From Chrysemys picta bellii (taxonomy: Eukaryota), in NCBI RefSeq assembly GCF_011386835.1, contig NC_088807.1, positions 3,348,001 to 3,412,000 of the forward strand: 64,000 bases of DNA, given 5' to 3'. The notes under the pieces are model-generated. The model had not been told where the DNA came from. It did not search any database and saw only the letters and a list, made by a program, of their open reading frames with translations. This document shows positions 12,401 through 22,517 of the stretch, piece by piece; within the stretch, counting starts at the first letter, position 1, and every line of letters begins with the position of its first letter. The position numbers and the translations under genes were made by a program.

Positions 12401-14944
12401 GAGGGGAGAATCAAGCCCAAAGATAGACAGCTGCTGGATTTTTCAAAGACCCACAAGCGTGAAATGGATCTTAAAGCAGGACAAAACCCATAGGGGCGGG
12501 GTTAGAGAGCAGCGGGGGGCAGGGTTCGTCAATCATGCTTGGCAGGGGGCGAGGCGGAAGGGAAAAAAACCCAGACAAAACATGCACAAATGGCCCATAG
12601 AGTTAAACATAAAAACCCACAAGCAGCAACTGGATTAAAAAAAAAACAAATGCTTAAAAATCATCAAAGTCCAAAGTCATATATTTTGAGCTACCATGGC
12701 AAGCCACGTGGTCATACAGCGACAGACTGAAAGATGCACCCACTGAAGTCAATGGGACAGGAGTTGGGCCCAATTACAGTCCTTTGCTTTCGGATAAAAG
12801 GCACTTGACGGACCCTCTAATGGATACAGTTCATCCAGCACTAAAATGAAGCCGTTGTCTCTAGAGCGATCAGCAGCCAGGATTAGTGACGGGAGGGGGA
12901 AGAAGATCTGTCCCCCCATGCTTAAGAAATGTGCCACATGGGGGTTTTAGTGTTCAGTTTCTGATGTTCTGGTCTCATCTGAACAATCCACATAACATAA
13001 ACTACGGAGAATTTGAATTAATGGGAAGGATAAAGGTTTGCATCAACTGCTGGATCCAGGCTCTAGATCCAGAAAGTCCAGGGGTTTTAAACCTGATGTT
13101 TGGTTCACTATGTCATCCCCTCTGGCTACAGTAGAGGGGACTGGACTAGATGACCTACGGAGATCCCTTCCAGTTCTACATTTCTATGATTCTATCCACA
13201 CAGGCACCTTTTCAAAAGGGCCTGAAGTCATTCACGGCCAAGGAGATGGCAGCTGAGGCACATGAAGCCAGGATACAGTGAATAAGGTGTCTGTGCAATT
13301 TCCAGGGATGCCTCTCGGATAAGTTCTGCACTGTGACATCCATGTGATGGGGGGTATTTTTATTTTGGGGAATAGGACGGGTGCTGCTGTGGAGACTCAC
13401 CACGAGGCATTTCACTTGAGCGGAGACTTCCTCTTTCTCAGTTTCAAGTTTTCCAATCTCTTCCTGCACCTTCACCAGCCTCTTCCATGTGGAGAGCTGG
13501 TGGGGATGAAAACAGCAGCATGAGTGCTCATAGCTGGGGTTTCTCTAACAGTCGCTCCCCCGAACGCTACAAAGCAGCAGGTATTTTCCATTCTGCAGAT
13601 CATTTTCCCGTCTCGCTCTCCCAAACCCTCTCTATCTTCCTTTCCCATATTCAAAGCAACACCTCCCCCCTGCGGAATCCAACTCTTCAACTTAACCTCC
13701 TAACCTTACACCCGTCCCTCCCAAATCCACCTCCTCTTCCAGCTTCCCCTTGCCCTGAGCGGTCTCCTTCACCACACAGAGGCAACTGCAGCATTGCTGC
13801 TTCTGCTCAGAACTTTATCCAAGCAGCAGAAATTGCAACAGGGAAATTTACAGGGCCCTAGTCAGTTTCAGGGCTGCTGTTCAGAGTCCTGTGAGCAGCA
13901 GCGACAAAGCCCAGAATCAAGTCAGGATCAGCCTGTTGCTTTTGCCTCAGGAAGCTGGATCCATCTTCTCCCTATTAGCTGGTAGCTGATCTGAAAGATG
14001 GAGCCATCACACCCAGCAGGGGCCAGGGACAACGGCAGCAAACAGGAAGGAAGTCAGTACCCTCCACTTCAGCAATCCCACACCCCCCATTCTCTGTTAC
14101 CCCTTCCCCAAAGGCTCCTCCCCAGTTCTCTAAGCCCCACTTCCTATCCCATAAACCCATCCACTGTAGACTCCCCTATCCCCATAAACCCCTCCCAATA
14201 GGCCCCGCCCACTCCTCTATAGTCCCCGCCCACTCCTCTATAGTCCCCATGATGCTTACCTATAAGCCCCTCCCCTTCAGCCCATCCCATCCTCATAAAC
14301 CTCCCACTCCTTTTATAGCCCCCATCCATGCTCCCCCATAAGCCCCTCCCCACAAGTCTCATTATAGGCCCGCCCACTCTATAAACCCTTCTCGTCAGTT
14401 CTATCCTATCCCCTCTCCACAAGACCCTCCTCCCTCTAGCACCTGCCAACCACCCATATCCCCTTTGCCAAGCCGTTCATTTCCCCTGCCCCCTCCCCTG
14501 CCCTAAGCCCCACCCCCTTACCGCTAGGCCCCGCCCACGTCCACAAGTCCCACACATTTCCGCTGGGTCATTGCCCACAAGCCCCACCCCCTTTTCAGTT
14601 AGGCCCCTCCCCTGCCCACAAACCCCACCCCCTTTTCTGTTAGGCCCCTCCCCTGCCCACAAGCCCCTCCCCTGACTCACGATCTCGCGCAGGTCCCGGG
14701 GCCCCAGCGGCCCCTTGCGGGTCTCCAGCTCCCGCTCCGCCTGCTCGGGCCGGGCGCTCAGCGCCGCCATGTCCAGGCAGGGCCGCGCGCTGTTCCCTTC
14801 CCGCACGTGCTCGTACAGCCGGCTCCGCCCCGCCGCCCCCTCGCTGCTCCGCCGCCTCCCCGCGCCGGGCAGCCCCGGCCCCGGCAGCGCCCGCCACGCC
14901 CGGACCCGCCGCAGCGCCCGCCCCAGCGCCATGGGCGCCGCCAT
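383..14944 (-). CDS. SARS2: Mitochondrial seryl-tRNA synthetase, coding exons 1-10 (3' end lies beyond window start)
   Basis: GT-AG exons 14681-14944, 13401-13496, 12064-12093, 10467-10607, 8432-8486, 7614-7677, 3820-3925, 3021-3068, 2221-2329, 383-428 join in frame. Peptides such as [77 protein letters not shown] match recalled vertebrate SARS2. Arg/Ala-rich N-terminus fits a mitochondrial presequence. Confidence 0.97.
2221..2329 (-). CDS. SARS2: SARS2 exon 9 ([36 protein letters not shown])
   Basis: 109 nt, GT-AG. Confidence 0.95.
3021..3068 (-). CDS. SARS2: SARS2 exon 8 ([16 protein letters not shown])
   Basis: 48 nt, TAG| acceptor, |GTAAGT donor. Confidence 0.95.
3820..3925 (-). CDS. 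SARS2: SARS2 exon 7 ([35 protein letters not shown])
   Basis: 106 nt, GT-AG. Confidence 0.95.
4320..4590 (+). mobile_element. CR1 LINE 3' fragment
   Basis: Resembles recalled CR1 3' sequence (...AAATTCAGCTAGGAAACAAGG...AACCACTGGAGCAATTGACC...GGTGGTCCCTTCTGG). Confidence 0.55.
7000..7460 (-). mobile_element. CR1 LINE ORF2 fragment
   Basis: Minus-strand peptide [22 protein letters not shown] resembles CR1 RT C-terminus ([23 protein letters not shown]). Confidence 0.7.
7614..7677 (-). CDS. SARS2: SARS2 exon 6 ([20 protein letters not shown])
   Basis: 64 nt, GT-AG. Confidence 0.95.
8432..8486 (-). CDS. SARS2: SARS2 exon 5 ([18 protein letters not shown])
   Basis: 55 nt, GT-AG. Confidence 0.95.
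8950..10200 (-). mobile_element. CR1 LINE 3' fragments
   Basis: CATAAGAACGGCCATACTGGGTCAGACC 3' end and further CR1-like sequence at 9350-10200. Confidence 0.6.
9398..9812. mobile_element. hAT-type MITE nested in a CR1 fragment
   Basis: TIR CAGGGGTGGCCAA, 8-bp TSD ATCTAGTC. Confidence 0.85.
10467..10607 (-). CDS. SARS2: SARS2 exon 4 ([15 protein letters not shown]...LPNWTHPDV)
   Basis: 141 nt, GT-AG, in frame. Confidence 0.95.
12064..12093 (-). CDS. SARS2: SARS2 exon 3 ([10 protein letters not shown])
   Basis: 30-nt exon after a long polypyrimidine tract, |GTAAGA donor. Confidence 0.85.
13401..13496 (-). CDS. SARS2: SARS2 exon 2 ([32 protein letters not shown])
   Basis: 96 nt, CAG| acceptor, |GTGAGT donor. 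Confidence 0.92.
14681..14944 (-). CDS. SARS2: SARS2 exon 1 ([13 protein letters not shown]...PRDLREI)
   Basis: ATG at 14944 (second ATG at 14932), 264 nt, donor ATC|GTGAGT. Confidence 0.92.
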
Positions 14945-15130
14945 GTCTGCCGGTCATGTGACACGCTCGCCCCGCCCCTCTCCTGCCTTTCCCGCGCGAG
15001 CCGGCCAATCGCAGCGCGCCCCCAAGACGAGGCGGACGGGCCAATCAGAACAAAGAATCTGCCCCTCGCCCGAGCCGGCCCCTCCCCTGGAGACTGGTCG
15101 CTAAGGCGGGAGCCAGCTGGTTGCCATGGG
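14945..15130 (-). promoter_or_regulatory. SARS2 CpG-island promoter with two CCAAT boxes
   Basis: CpG-rich stretch directly upstream of the ATG; GGCCAATC cores at 15005-15009 and 15041-15045 fit NF-Y sites. Confidence 0.7.
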
Positions 15131-15268
15131 GACGGGAGGAAGGGGTGCTAAAGGACCAGGAGTAGAAGCCATCCCTCCACCCCCCTCGCAGCCCTAATCC
15201 CCAGCAACCCCTCCCCCCTCCACCCAAGGACACTGCCTCAGGGCAGGGGGAGACTCCCCCGATAGCCC

Positions 15269-15700
15269 CCTCCTGTACCCCATAGCCTGAGCAACACCTC
15301 CCAGCCCTCCCCAGGCCAGAACAGCTCCCCCAGGGAAACCCCCCGACCCAGAGACCCCTCCTGTACCCCACAGCCTGAGCAACACCCCCCAGCCCTCCCC
15401 AGGCCAGAATAGCTCCCCCAGGTAAACCCCCCACCCAGAGACCCCTCCTGTACCCCACAGCCTGAGCAACACTCCCCAGGCCAGAACAGCTCCCCCAGGG
15501 AAACCCCCCGACCCAGAGACCCCTCCTGTACCCCACAGCCTGAGCAACACCCCCCAGCCCTCCCCAGGCCAGAACAGCTCCCCCAGGGAAACCCCCCGAC
15601 CCAGAGACCCCTCCTGTACCCCCCAGCCTGAGCAACACCCCCCACCCCTCCCCAGGCCAGAACAGCTCCCCCAGGGGAAACCCCCCCACACCCAGAGACC
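15269..15700. repeat. C-rich tandem repeat, about 5 copies of 88 bp (one 76 bp)
   Basis: CCTCCTGTACCC recurs at about 15269, 15358, 15445, 15522, 15609. Confidence 0.88.
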
Positions 15701-16262
15701 CACAGTGCTCTCCCTCTCCCTGACTCCCCCATGTGACCCATCCTCAGAGCCCTCTTGTGTACCTCAATTGAGCCACACCCCAGAGATCCCCCCTCCAGCC
15801 AAGACTACCTCCATCCAGACTGAGTGACTCCCCAGTGCGCCATCACCCTGAGTGACTGCCCTGGAGACCCCCTGGTACCCTGCAGAGTCCCCCTATGTAC
15901 CACAGCCTGGTCAGCACTTCAACGGCCCCTCTCCCAGGAGCAGAGGAAGACACACCCCACGCCCCCAAGCCTGAGTGACTCTTCCAAAGAGACCCCATAG
16001 CCAGAGACACCCCCTCATATGCCCCAGGAACTAAGACTACAACTCAGAGCCCTTGCTCGGAACACAAATTCATCCCGTCTCTCAGAGAGGAGTTTGAATT
16101 TAATGAGCATGGTCTGCGTGTAAATATCTCACAACAGTACAGAGCAAGTAGTTGTGTCTCTGGAGGATATCTGCCATGACACAAATGCAGACGTGATTAA
16201 AACTCTTTTCCTACGAAGCCGGGAACTTGACAATCCCACGACATCTCTCAGCGCGGCGGCGC

Positions 16263-16642
16263 TTATTTCTTCTTCTGAACATGGGCGCAGTCATATTTCC
16301 CACGCACTATTTTGAGCTTCACCCCAGGCAAGTCCTGTGTCCTTCCACCTTCCACCAGCACAATGCTGTGCTCCTGCAAGTTGTGACCTTCTCCGGGAAT
16401 GAAGCAGATCACCTCCTTGCCGTTGCTGAGTCGCACCCGGGCGCACTTTCTGTTGGCAGAGTTGGGCTTCTTGGGCTTGCGAATCATGGTCTTGAGGACC
16501 ACTCCCTTGAGCTGGGGGTTGCCAAAGGTGGGGCCGAGTTTGGGTGGGGGAAACTTTGGCTTGCCCTTACGGTGTATCTGGTTGAGGGTTGCCATGGTGC
16601 GGGTTTCCAGATGGCCCAGAGCTTGGGTTAATGGCCATCTCC
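16263..16642 (-). CDS. MRPS12: MRPS12 terminal coding exon
   Basis: S12 signature PKKPNSA and GEGHNLQEH; acceptor TTCGTACCAG|GG; candidate ATTAAA poly(A) signal at 16099-16104. Confidence 0.97.
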
Positions 16643-18092
16643 CTGGTACGAAGGTATGAGGGAAAAGACTGATACCTATAAGGAAGAGAAGTTTCATTAA
16701 TTACCACTTGGGAACAATCCGACTAATCCAAGCTGGCATCCCTTTCTGTACCAATGGTCCATCTATTGCTGTAAGAGACCAGAACAATGGTCCATCTAGA
16801 ATAATGCCTAGCTCTTACCTAGTAGTTTTCATTAGTAGATCTCAAGGCACTTTGCAAAAGAGGTTATCATCGTCATCCCCATTTTACAAATGGGGAAACT
16901 GAGGCACGTGGAGGGAAAGTGACTTGCCCAAGATCATTCCGCAGGCCAGTGACAGAGCTAGAAATAGAACCCGGGTCTCCTGAGTTCCGCTCTAGTGCTC
17001 TCTCCACTAGGGATTATGTCTCATGTTGTGCAGGGCCCATCTAGTATAGCATCAGACATCTTTCTAATTCATTATCCCACCTCTTGCCATGCTAGATAGG
17101 ACCGTGGTACCCTGCCTCCAAACCGTGCTTCACAGAAAGGCATAGACCCCTGCCCAATTATTCAAATTGTGCAACCCTGGGATTATTTCTTCCTGTCCCC
17201 CAGCTGGTTGTTCCTGGAGCAACAAAAACGATAAGAGATTTAGAACAGAGTTTCTCAACGACAAGTACGTGGAGCGGCGCTGGTCCCTGAGATCTCTCAC
17301 ACACAGTTTAGGAGGCAGCAAGATGGTCCCTGGTATCGAAAAGGTTGAGAAACACTGATTTAGAAGACCTATGAGGAAAGTCTGAAAGAACTGGGCACGT
17401 TTAGTCTAGAGAAGAGAAGACTGAGGGAGAACAAATATGTACAAGGTTGCGGGGGGAGGGATAGCCCAGTGGTTTGAGCATTGGCCTGCTAAACCCAGCG
17501 CTGTGAGTTCAATCCTTAAAGGGGCCACTTAGGAATCTGGGGCAAAATCAGTACTTGGTCCTGCTAGTAAAGGTAGAGGTCTGGACTCAATGACCTTTCA
17601 GCGTCTCTTCCAGTTCTATGAGATAGGTATATCTCCATATATTGATAAAGACGACTAATCAATTGTTCTCCATTTCGTCTGAGGGGAGGACACGAAGGAA
17701 CCGGCTTTGTTTCAAGGGAGATTTTGGTTGTATATTAAGAAGCTTTCTAACTCCAAGCATGATTAAGTACCGGAACAGGTTATCAAGGGAGGTTGTGGAA
17801 CCCCTGTTGTTGTCTAACCTGGGCTTAAAAAGCTGTCAGGGATGGTCTATGGATAGTTACACCTGCCATCCTGCCTCAGCACGGGGGAAAGGCTAGATGA
17901 CTTGTCGAGGTCCCCTCCAGTCCCACATTTCTATGAAGACTGGGAGCCAGTATAGTTGCTAAATGCACTTTTTGCATCGCAAAGCAATACAGAGCAACAC
18001 TCCAGAATCAGTCTCGATGCAATGAACAGAAACAGATACGTACTCCATCTCAAAGGTGATGCCAGCAACCTCAGGAAACCCCTGCACGACAT
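16263..18092 (-). CDS. MRPS12: Mitochondrial ribosomal protein S12 (uS12m), about 142 aa, two coding exons
   Basis: 18044-18092 ([16 protein letters not shown], 49 nt, phase-1 donor A|GTACGT) plus 16263-16642 ([25 protein letters not shown]...[20 protein letters not shown]...GEGHNLQEH...[11 protein letters not shown]) give 429 nt in frame; canonical S12 motifs. In-frame ATG at 18101 could add 3 aa. Confidence 0.95.
17355..17935 (+). mobile_element. CR1 LINE 3' fragment interrupted by a tRNA-derived SINE (about 17451-17640)
   Basis: GTTTAGTCTAGAGAAGAGAAGACTGAGGG...CTAGATGAC...TTTCTATGA; SINE head GGGAGGGATAGCCCAGTGG...GAGTTCAATCC. Confidence 0.7.
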
Positions 18093-18143
18093 TCTCCGCA
18101 TTAAAAGCTCACTAAAGCCCCAGAGACCATGAATACAAGTCCC
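18044..18143 (-). CDS. MRPS12: MRPS12 first coding exon (5'UTR plus presequence)
   Basis: Strong acceptor CTTCTTGTTTTCCTTTCTTCCAG|; 49 coding nt keep frame with the last exon. Confidence 0.85.
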
Positions 18144-18271
18144 CTGGAAGAAAGGAAAACAAGAAGTTAATATTTCTGAAGGGCAGGAACTCCAGCTACC
18201 TCACGGATAGGCATGGTCTCAGTCAAGTGAGACAAGATGGTTTATGGGTTTAACTGACTACAGAAACTTAC

Positions 18272-18363
18272 CACTTTAAAAACCACTAGCCCAGAAGAAA
18301 AGCGAGTGAGAATTGTTACTCTTGCTGTACATGGCACGAGTCTGGCCAATCTCTGCCCCGTTC
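18272..18363 (-). other. Candidate alternative 5'UTR exon of MRPS12 containing an 18-codon uORF
   Basis: TTTTTGCCTAG| acceptor and GTG|GTAAGT donor; ATG 18332 to TAA 18276 (MYSKSNNSHSLFFWASGF*). Inclusion is inferred. Confidence 0.45.
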
Positions 18364-19335
18364 CTAGGCAAAAATGACACATCCAGGTTACAAAGCTGCT
18401 CCTTTGCCAAGCTCTATGCACCACAGACCCACTTTCCTAGAGCAGATTCCTGCAGATTCAGATTGAATGGTCCAAGGGTGCATGTGCATGGAAGGCTTAG
18501 CCTGTTCTCTACCTGTGTAGGGTCACACCTGTCCCACCAGGGCTGGGAATCTGACAATGGTTTTGAAAAAGGGGGCAAGGAAGGGGTGTGTGTGTGTGGG
18601 TGGGATTTTTCAGCAGGGCAAATCAGCTGGTTTGGGGAGGGGACAAATCCGCTACACCCCCAAAACAGCTGGGAAGGGAAGAACAGGACAGGCCCCAGAT
18701 GGAGAAAAAGGGGGTCACCCACATCCATGGAGGAGCAGCTAGGCGGGGACCACCAAGTGGAGAGGAAATGGGGTCCTCTCCCCAGCCCCAGAGTAGTAGT
18801 TGGGGGAGGAGGGGCAGCTGAGAGACAGGGCACTAAGTGGGGAGGGGAATCCCACTCCCAATCACAGGGCAGCAGCTGGGGGGGGGTAAGAGAGGACCCA
18901 GTGGGGGGGAAGCCGGCAGGAGAATGGGAGGTGGGTTCCCACGCCCCAGAGAAGCAGCTGGGGGGGGGGGGGGGAGAGAGGACCCGGTGGGGGGGGGAAG
19001 CCGGCAGGAGAATGGCAGGTGGGTTCCCACGCCCCAGAGAAGCAGCTGGGGGAGGGGAGGGGGAGGGGGGGGGACCCCCCCCCCACAGACCAGCAGTGAT
19101 GGGGTCACCGGGAGAGCACGGGGGGGTCCCCGCCAGCCCGAGCAGCAGCTGGGGGAGATGGAGGCGGCTGGGCGCGAGGCGGGACTGGAATGTTTGTGCC
19201 CCCCCCCCCGGGGAACACGTAGGGGGCGGGGCCAGGACCCTGGATGGGGGAGGGGGCTGTGTGTCCCCCCCCAATGCAGCGGTGGGGGTGGGGCGGCGCA
19301 GCCCCTCGCTCTCCTTCCCCCCCCTCCACACTGAC

Positions 19336-19520
19336 CTCACGCCTCAGCCGCCATCTTGCCGCCCCCACCGAGCGCTCGGCCCCGCCTCCCACTCTCTGAT
19401 TGGCTCCGACCGCGCCGCCTCTTGGTTGGTCCCGGCTGGGCTCGCTCGGGCGGGTAGGCCGGGCGCGGCTGTCGCTCAGGGAGCCTTGCTCCTCCTGATT
19501 GGCCGGGGAGAGTCAGGAGG
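19336..19520 (-). promoter_or_regulatory. MRPS12 promoter and non-coding exon 1 (YY1 motif, CCAAT boxes)
   Basis: CpG island; AAGATGGCGGC (YY1 consensus) at 19347-19357; CCAAT on minus at 19399-19403 and 19498-19502; donors GTGAGG (19340) and GTCAGT (19335). Confidence 0.7.
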
Positions 19521-19747
19521 CGGGATCGTGGTGGGGTCCTACGGGACAGCGCTAGGGTCATTCCGCGCACCAGTCACTGGCCTGACTGCAGGGTAGCTCT
19601 GGGAGTGGGGTCTAGCAGTGGAGGGTGGAGCTGGGAGTCAGGACTCCTGGGTTCTATCCCCAGCTCTGGGAGGGGAGTGGGGGCTAGTGGTTAGGGGGGG
19701 GGGGCTGGGAGTCAGCTCTCCTGCTGAGTCCCTGTGTGAGCTTCAGG

Positions 19748-20626
19748 TGTAGATCAATCTCTGATAATTTTCATATGACTTTACATTGTGCCTCTTCATA
19801 TAACCTTGTGGTGGGTCTACCCACGTGTGACCTCTGTTTTCATGGGACTTTGTATCAAAGCCTCATTTAGAAACTTTGCATTGCCCTTGGTAGAATATTA
19901 TAGCCCCTAAGGATAGAATAAGATAGAAGAAAATTTTCTTTTTGCTAGCAGTAGAACAAGAGCTCTCCCCCCCCCCCCCCCCACTCTTAATCAATTGCCC
20001 TATTGAATGAATGAGGTGTGAATGAGCAAGGCATGGAAGGCAGCACCTCCAGACAGCCTCAACTGTTGGAGAGGGGCTGGGAGCCAGACCCAAGGACAAT
20101 AAAACGTGTCAAGTGGGCTCATTAAAGACAAGCAGACATACTGACGGCCTCGGGGGTTAGAAGCAAGCACCTTCTTTTGGAAACACCCTCTTTGCAGCAT
20201 TGGGACAACACTCAAAAGAAAGCAGCACAAAGGACCAATGGACACAGACACAGAGTTTGAATCTGGTATAGATTTGCATAAGAGAAAAGCTGCTATAAAA
20301 GTGAGGTGTCTTGCAGAGGACCCCGGGTCTCGTCTTGTCAACATGGGAGCATCGATCCGGACCGGCAGAAGCCCGGCTCCACCCCTTCCCCCATCTAACT
20401 CACCTGGCCAGTGAAGTTAAGGGGAGCAACTAATTGGTATGAAGTTAAGGGGAGCAACTAATTGGTAACAACAAGACTGAGTGTGTTTGTGTGTGTGTGT
20501 GTGAGTGTAAGTGTAATATATTATATGCATATAATACAGTGTTAATGAATACATGTATTACTAATAAATGTGGCGTTTTGTCTTATTCCCCCTGAAAAGA
20601 TCCTGTGCAGTACTTTAAGTACAACA
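19748..20626 (+). mobile_element. Solo LTR #1 (about 880 bp)
   Basis: TGTAGAT...TACAACA termini, 4-bp TSD CAGG; TATA-like GCTATAAAAG and AATAAA; empty site at about 33636-33640. Confidence 0.85.
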
Positions 20627-22517
20627 CAGGCCACGTCCTCTTCCCCTCTCCTGGCCAGAGCTTGTCCCACTGCAGAGCGGGAGGGAGGGGAGCAGCCAGG
20701 GGGCAGTGGGGCTGGGTCGCTCGCTGCCTGGGGAAGGCTTTGGGGAGCCGTGGGGCACTAGCCACACCCCGCGCACACACCCCGTTACTGGCTGTCAGGG
20801 GCGCTGTCATCCCAGTGGGTGATACCGAGGCAGGCGCCTCTCGCCCAGCCGCCCCCCAGCGATGGTTCGGCCTTTCGTTGCCCCTGAGAGCATCCCCAGG
20901 AGCAATGTGTCCCTGCAGAGCTGTCTCAGGCTCCAGACGCTGTCTCACGATCCTGAGCTTCGCCCCCTCTCCGAGCATGCCGGGCAGCAGCTGGATCTCA
21001 CTGCGTTGAGCAGCAGCATCTCCTCGGCTGGCTTCTCGGCAGCTTGCAACCTGCTGCGCAGGGAACTTGGGGTGCACAACTGCCTGCCCCTCCTGGGCCA
21101 GGCTGCCCAGCACAAACTCGGGGAGAGGGGGAGAGCTCTTCCCCTACAGCCCCCACACTGCATCATTTCATTACCACCACAACCCATTGCAAACTCCTGT
21201 CCGCTGCCTCCTGCTCTCTCTCAGCTGTGCCTGGTCCCCAAGTTTCTCCTCTCACTGAAGGGAGAAGAACTGGGCCATTCAGCTTGGGCCCGTCTCACTT
21301 TCAAGCCAGCTGAGCTGTGAAACACCCACACCACACGCTGTTCAGAAAAGCTCTTTAATCTTCACTAACAAGCCGCACAGCTGCTTATATCATATTCAGC
21401 GACTCCATTTCGGGACAGAGCCCTGTGAAACTGACCAGCGAATACATTCCCTGCCTCCTCTTTTCCAGTGAGGGACCAGCTCAAACCTTCCAGGCCCTTT
21501 TATTAATAAAAACAATTCAGGCCAACAGGAAACCCATTAGCTCTTCAGTAACTAACCTACTGGGGATTTCAGCCCAGGCCCATGGGATCATTTTAAACAA
21601 CAACAGCCTGACCCAAAGGGCCACCATCCATCCCGGCTCCCTGCGCACCAAGGGAACGGGCTGGGAGGTTGCTCAGCGCTAGGACTGGATAGCTACCCTA
21701 GTTCCCTTCTCGTTCTCTCCGGTGTTAACCAGGCCTGAGTCCAGTGGAGTCAGCAGGCCTCATTCTTCACTCAATCATTTGAGCAGTAGGAGAATCAGAG
21801 CCCCTGACTTTTTTTGAGAGAGGTAACACAGAGCACCAGGGCCCCCAGCATCACGCCTCCAATCAACGGGACGGTGTCCTCTGCTGGTGTAAGAGCAAAG
21901 ACACCACTGGCAGGACATTGGTTTATACCAGCGGACGTTCTGGCCTGTCTTTACCAGTAGGGCTAAGACCCATCCCGCTGACTGCACCCAGGACCAGCTG
22001 ATGTTCTGAAGGCCGTCGCTGGGCCACGTAGCAGAAATTAGACCCCAGTCCCCTAGAAAGGTCTTGCCCCTCAACCCCTGCTGGGAGTGAGCTCTGCAGC
22101 TCCGCCTATAACCCTCTGCCCATGCCCCATGATCGTGCGTTAGTACAAGAGTGGACTTTGCCTTATGCCCACATCGCCCCCCAAAATGGGGAGGGAACTG
22201 CACCAAAGCACTGCTAGGCCCTGGTTCTGGTCTTACGTAGACCTGTGTGAATCTGGAGTCACTCCACTGGAGTCTTTCCAGATTTACACACTTCAGAATC
22301 CGACCCTTGGTTTATGTCAGCAAAAGGCCTGAGTGTCTACCACGCCCACTGGCTTTGCTGGGATGCGAGCGCAGTGAGAACAGACCTGAAGGTTACGTTC
22401 CCCATAAACTCCTGGACAATCAACAAGTGGCAATTTACATTTGTCTAAGGGCTGCCCGGTATGGTATTCTTGTGAGCCCTGCACTACCCATAGCTTGAAG
22501 GAGCTGGGTTCTAACCC

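Noticed and set aside
15045-15741. Repetitive ORFs in three minus-strand frames
   Set aside because: Translations of the 88-bp tandem repeat.
16643-16697. N-terminal [18 protein letters not shown] of the 144-aa MRPS12 ORF
   Set aside because: Intronic polypyrimidine tract; the real N-terminus comes from exon 18044-18092.
17451-17530. tRNA genes at 17451 and 41198
   Set aside because: tRNA-derived SINE heads that continue into SINE body sequence; no complete cloverleaf.
18272-18363. This exon as the MRPS12 presequence-coding exon (TARVTILTRFSSGLVVFKV frame)
   Set aside because: That frame has no ATG and ends in phase 0, incompatible with the phase-1 last exon; the ATG frame stops at TAA.
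18313-19596. 427-aa plus-strand ORF and 308-aa minus-strand ORF
   Set aside because: Gly- or Pro-rich translation of G-run repeats in MRPS12 intron 1, with no domain signal.
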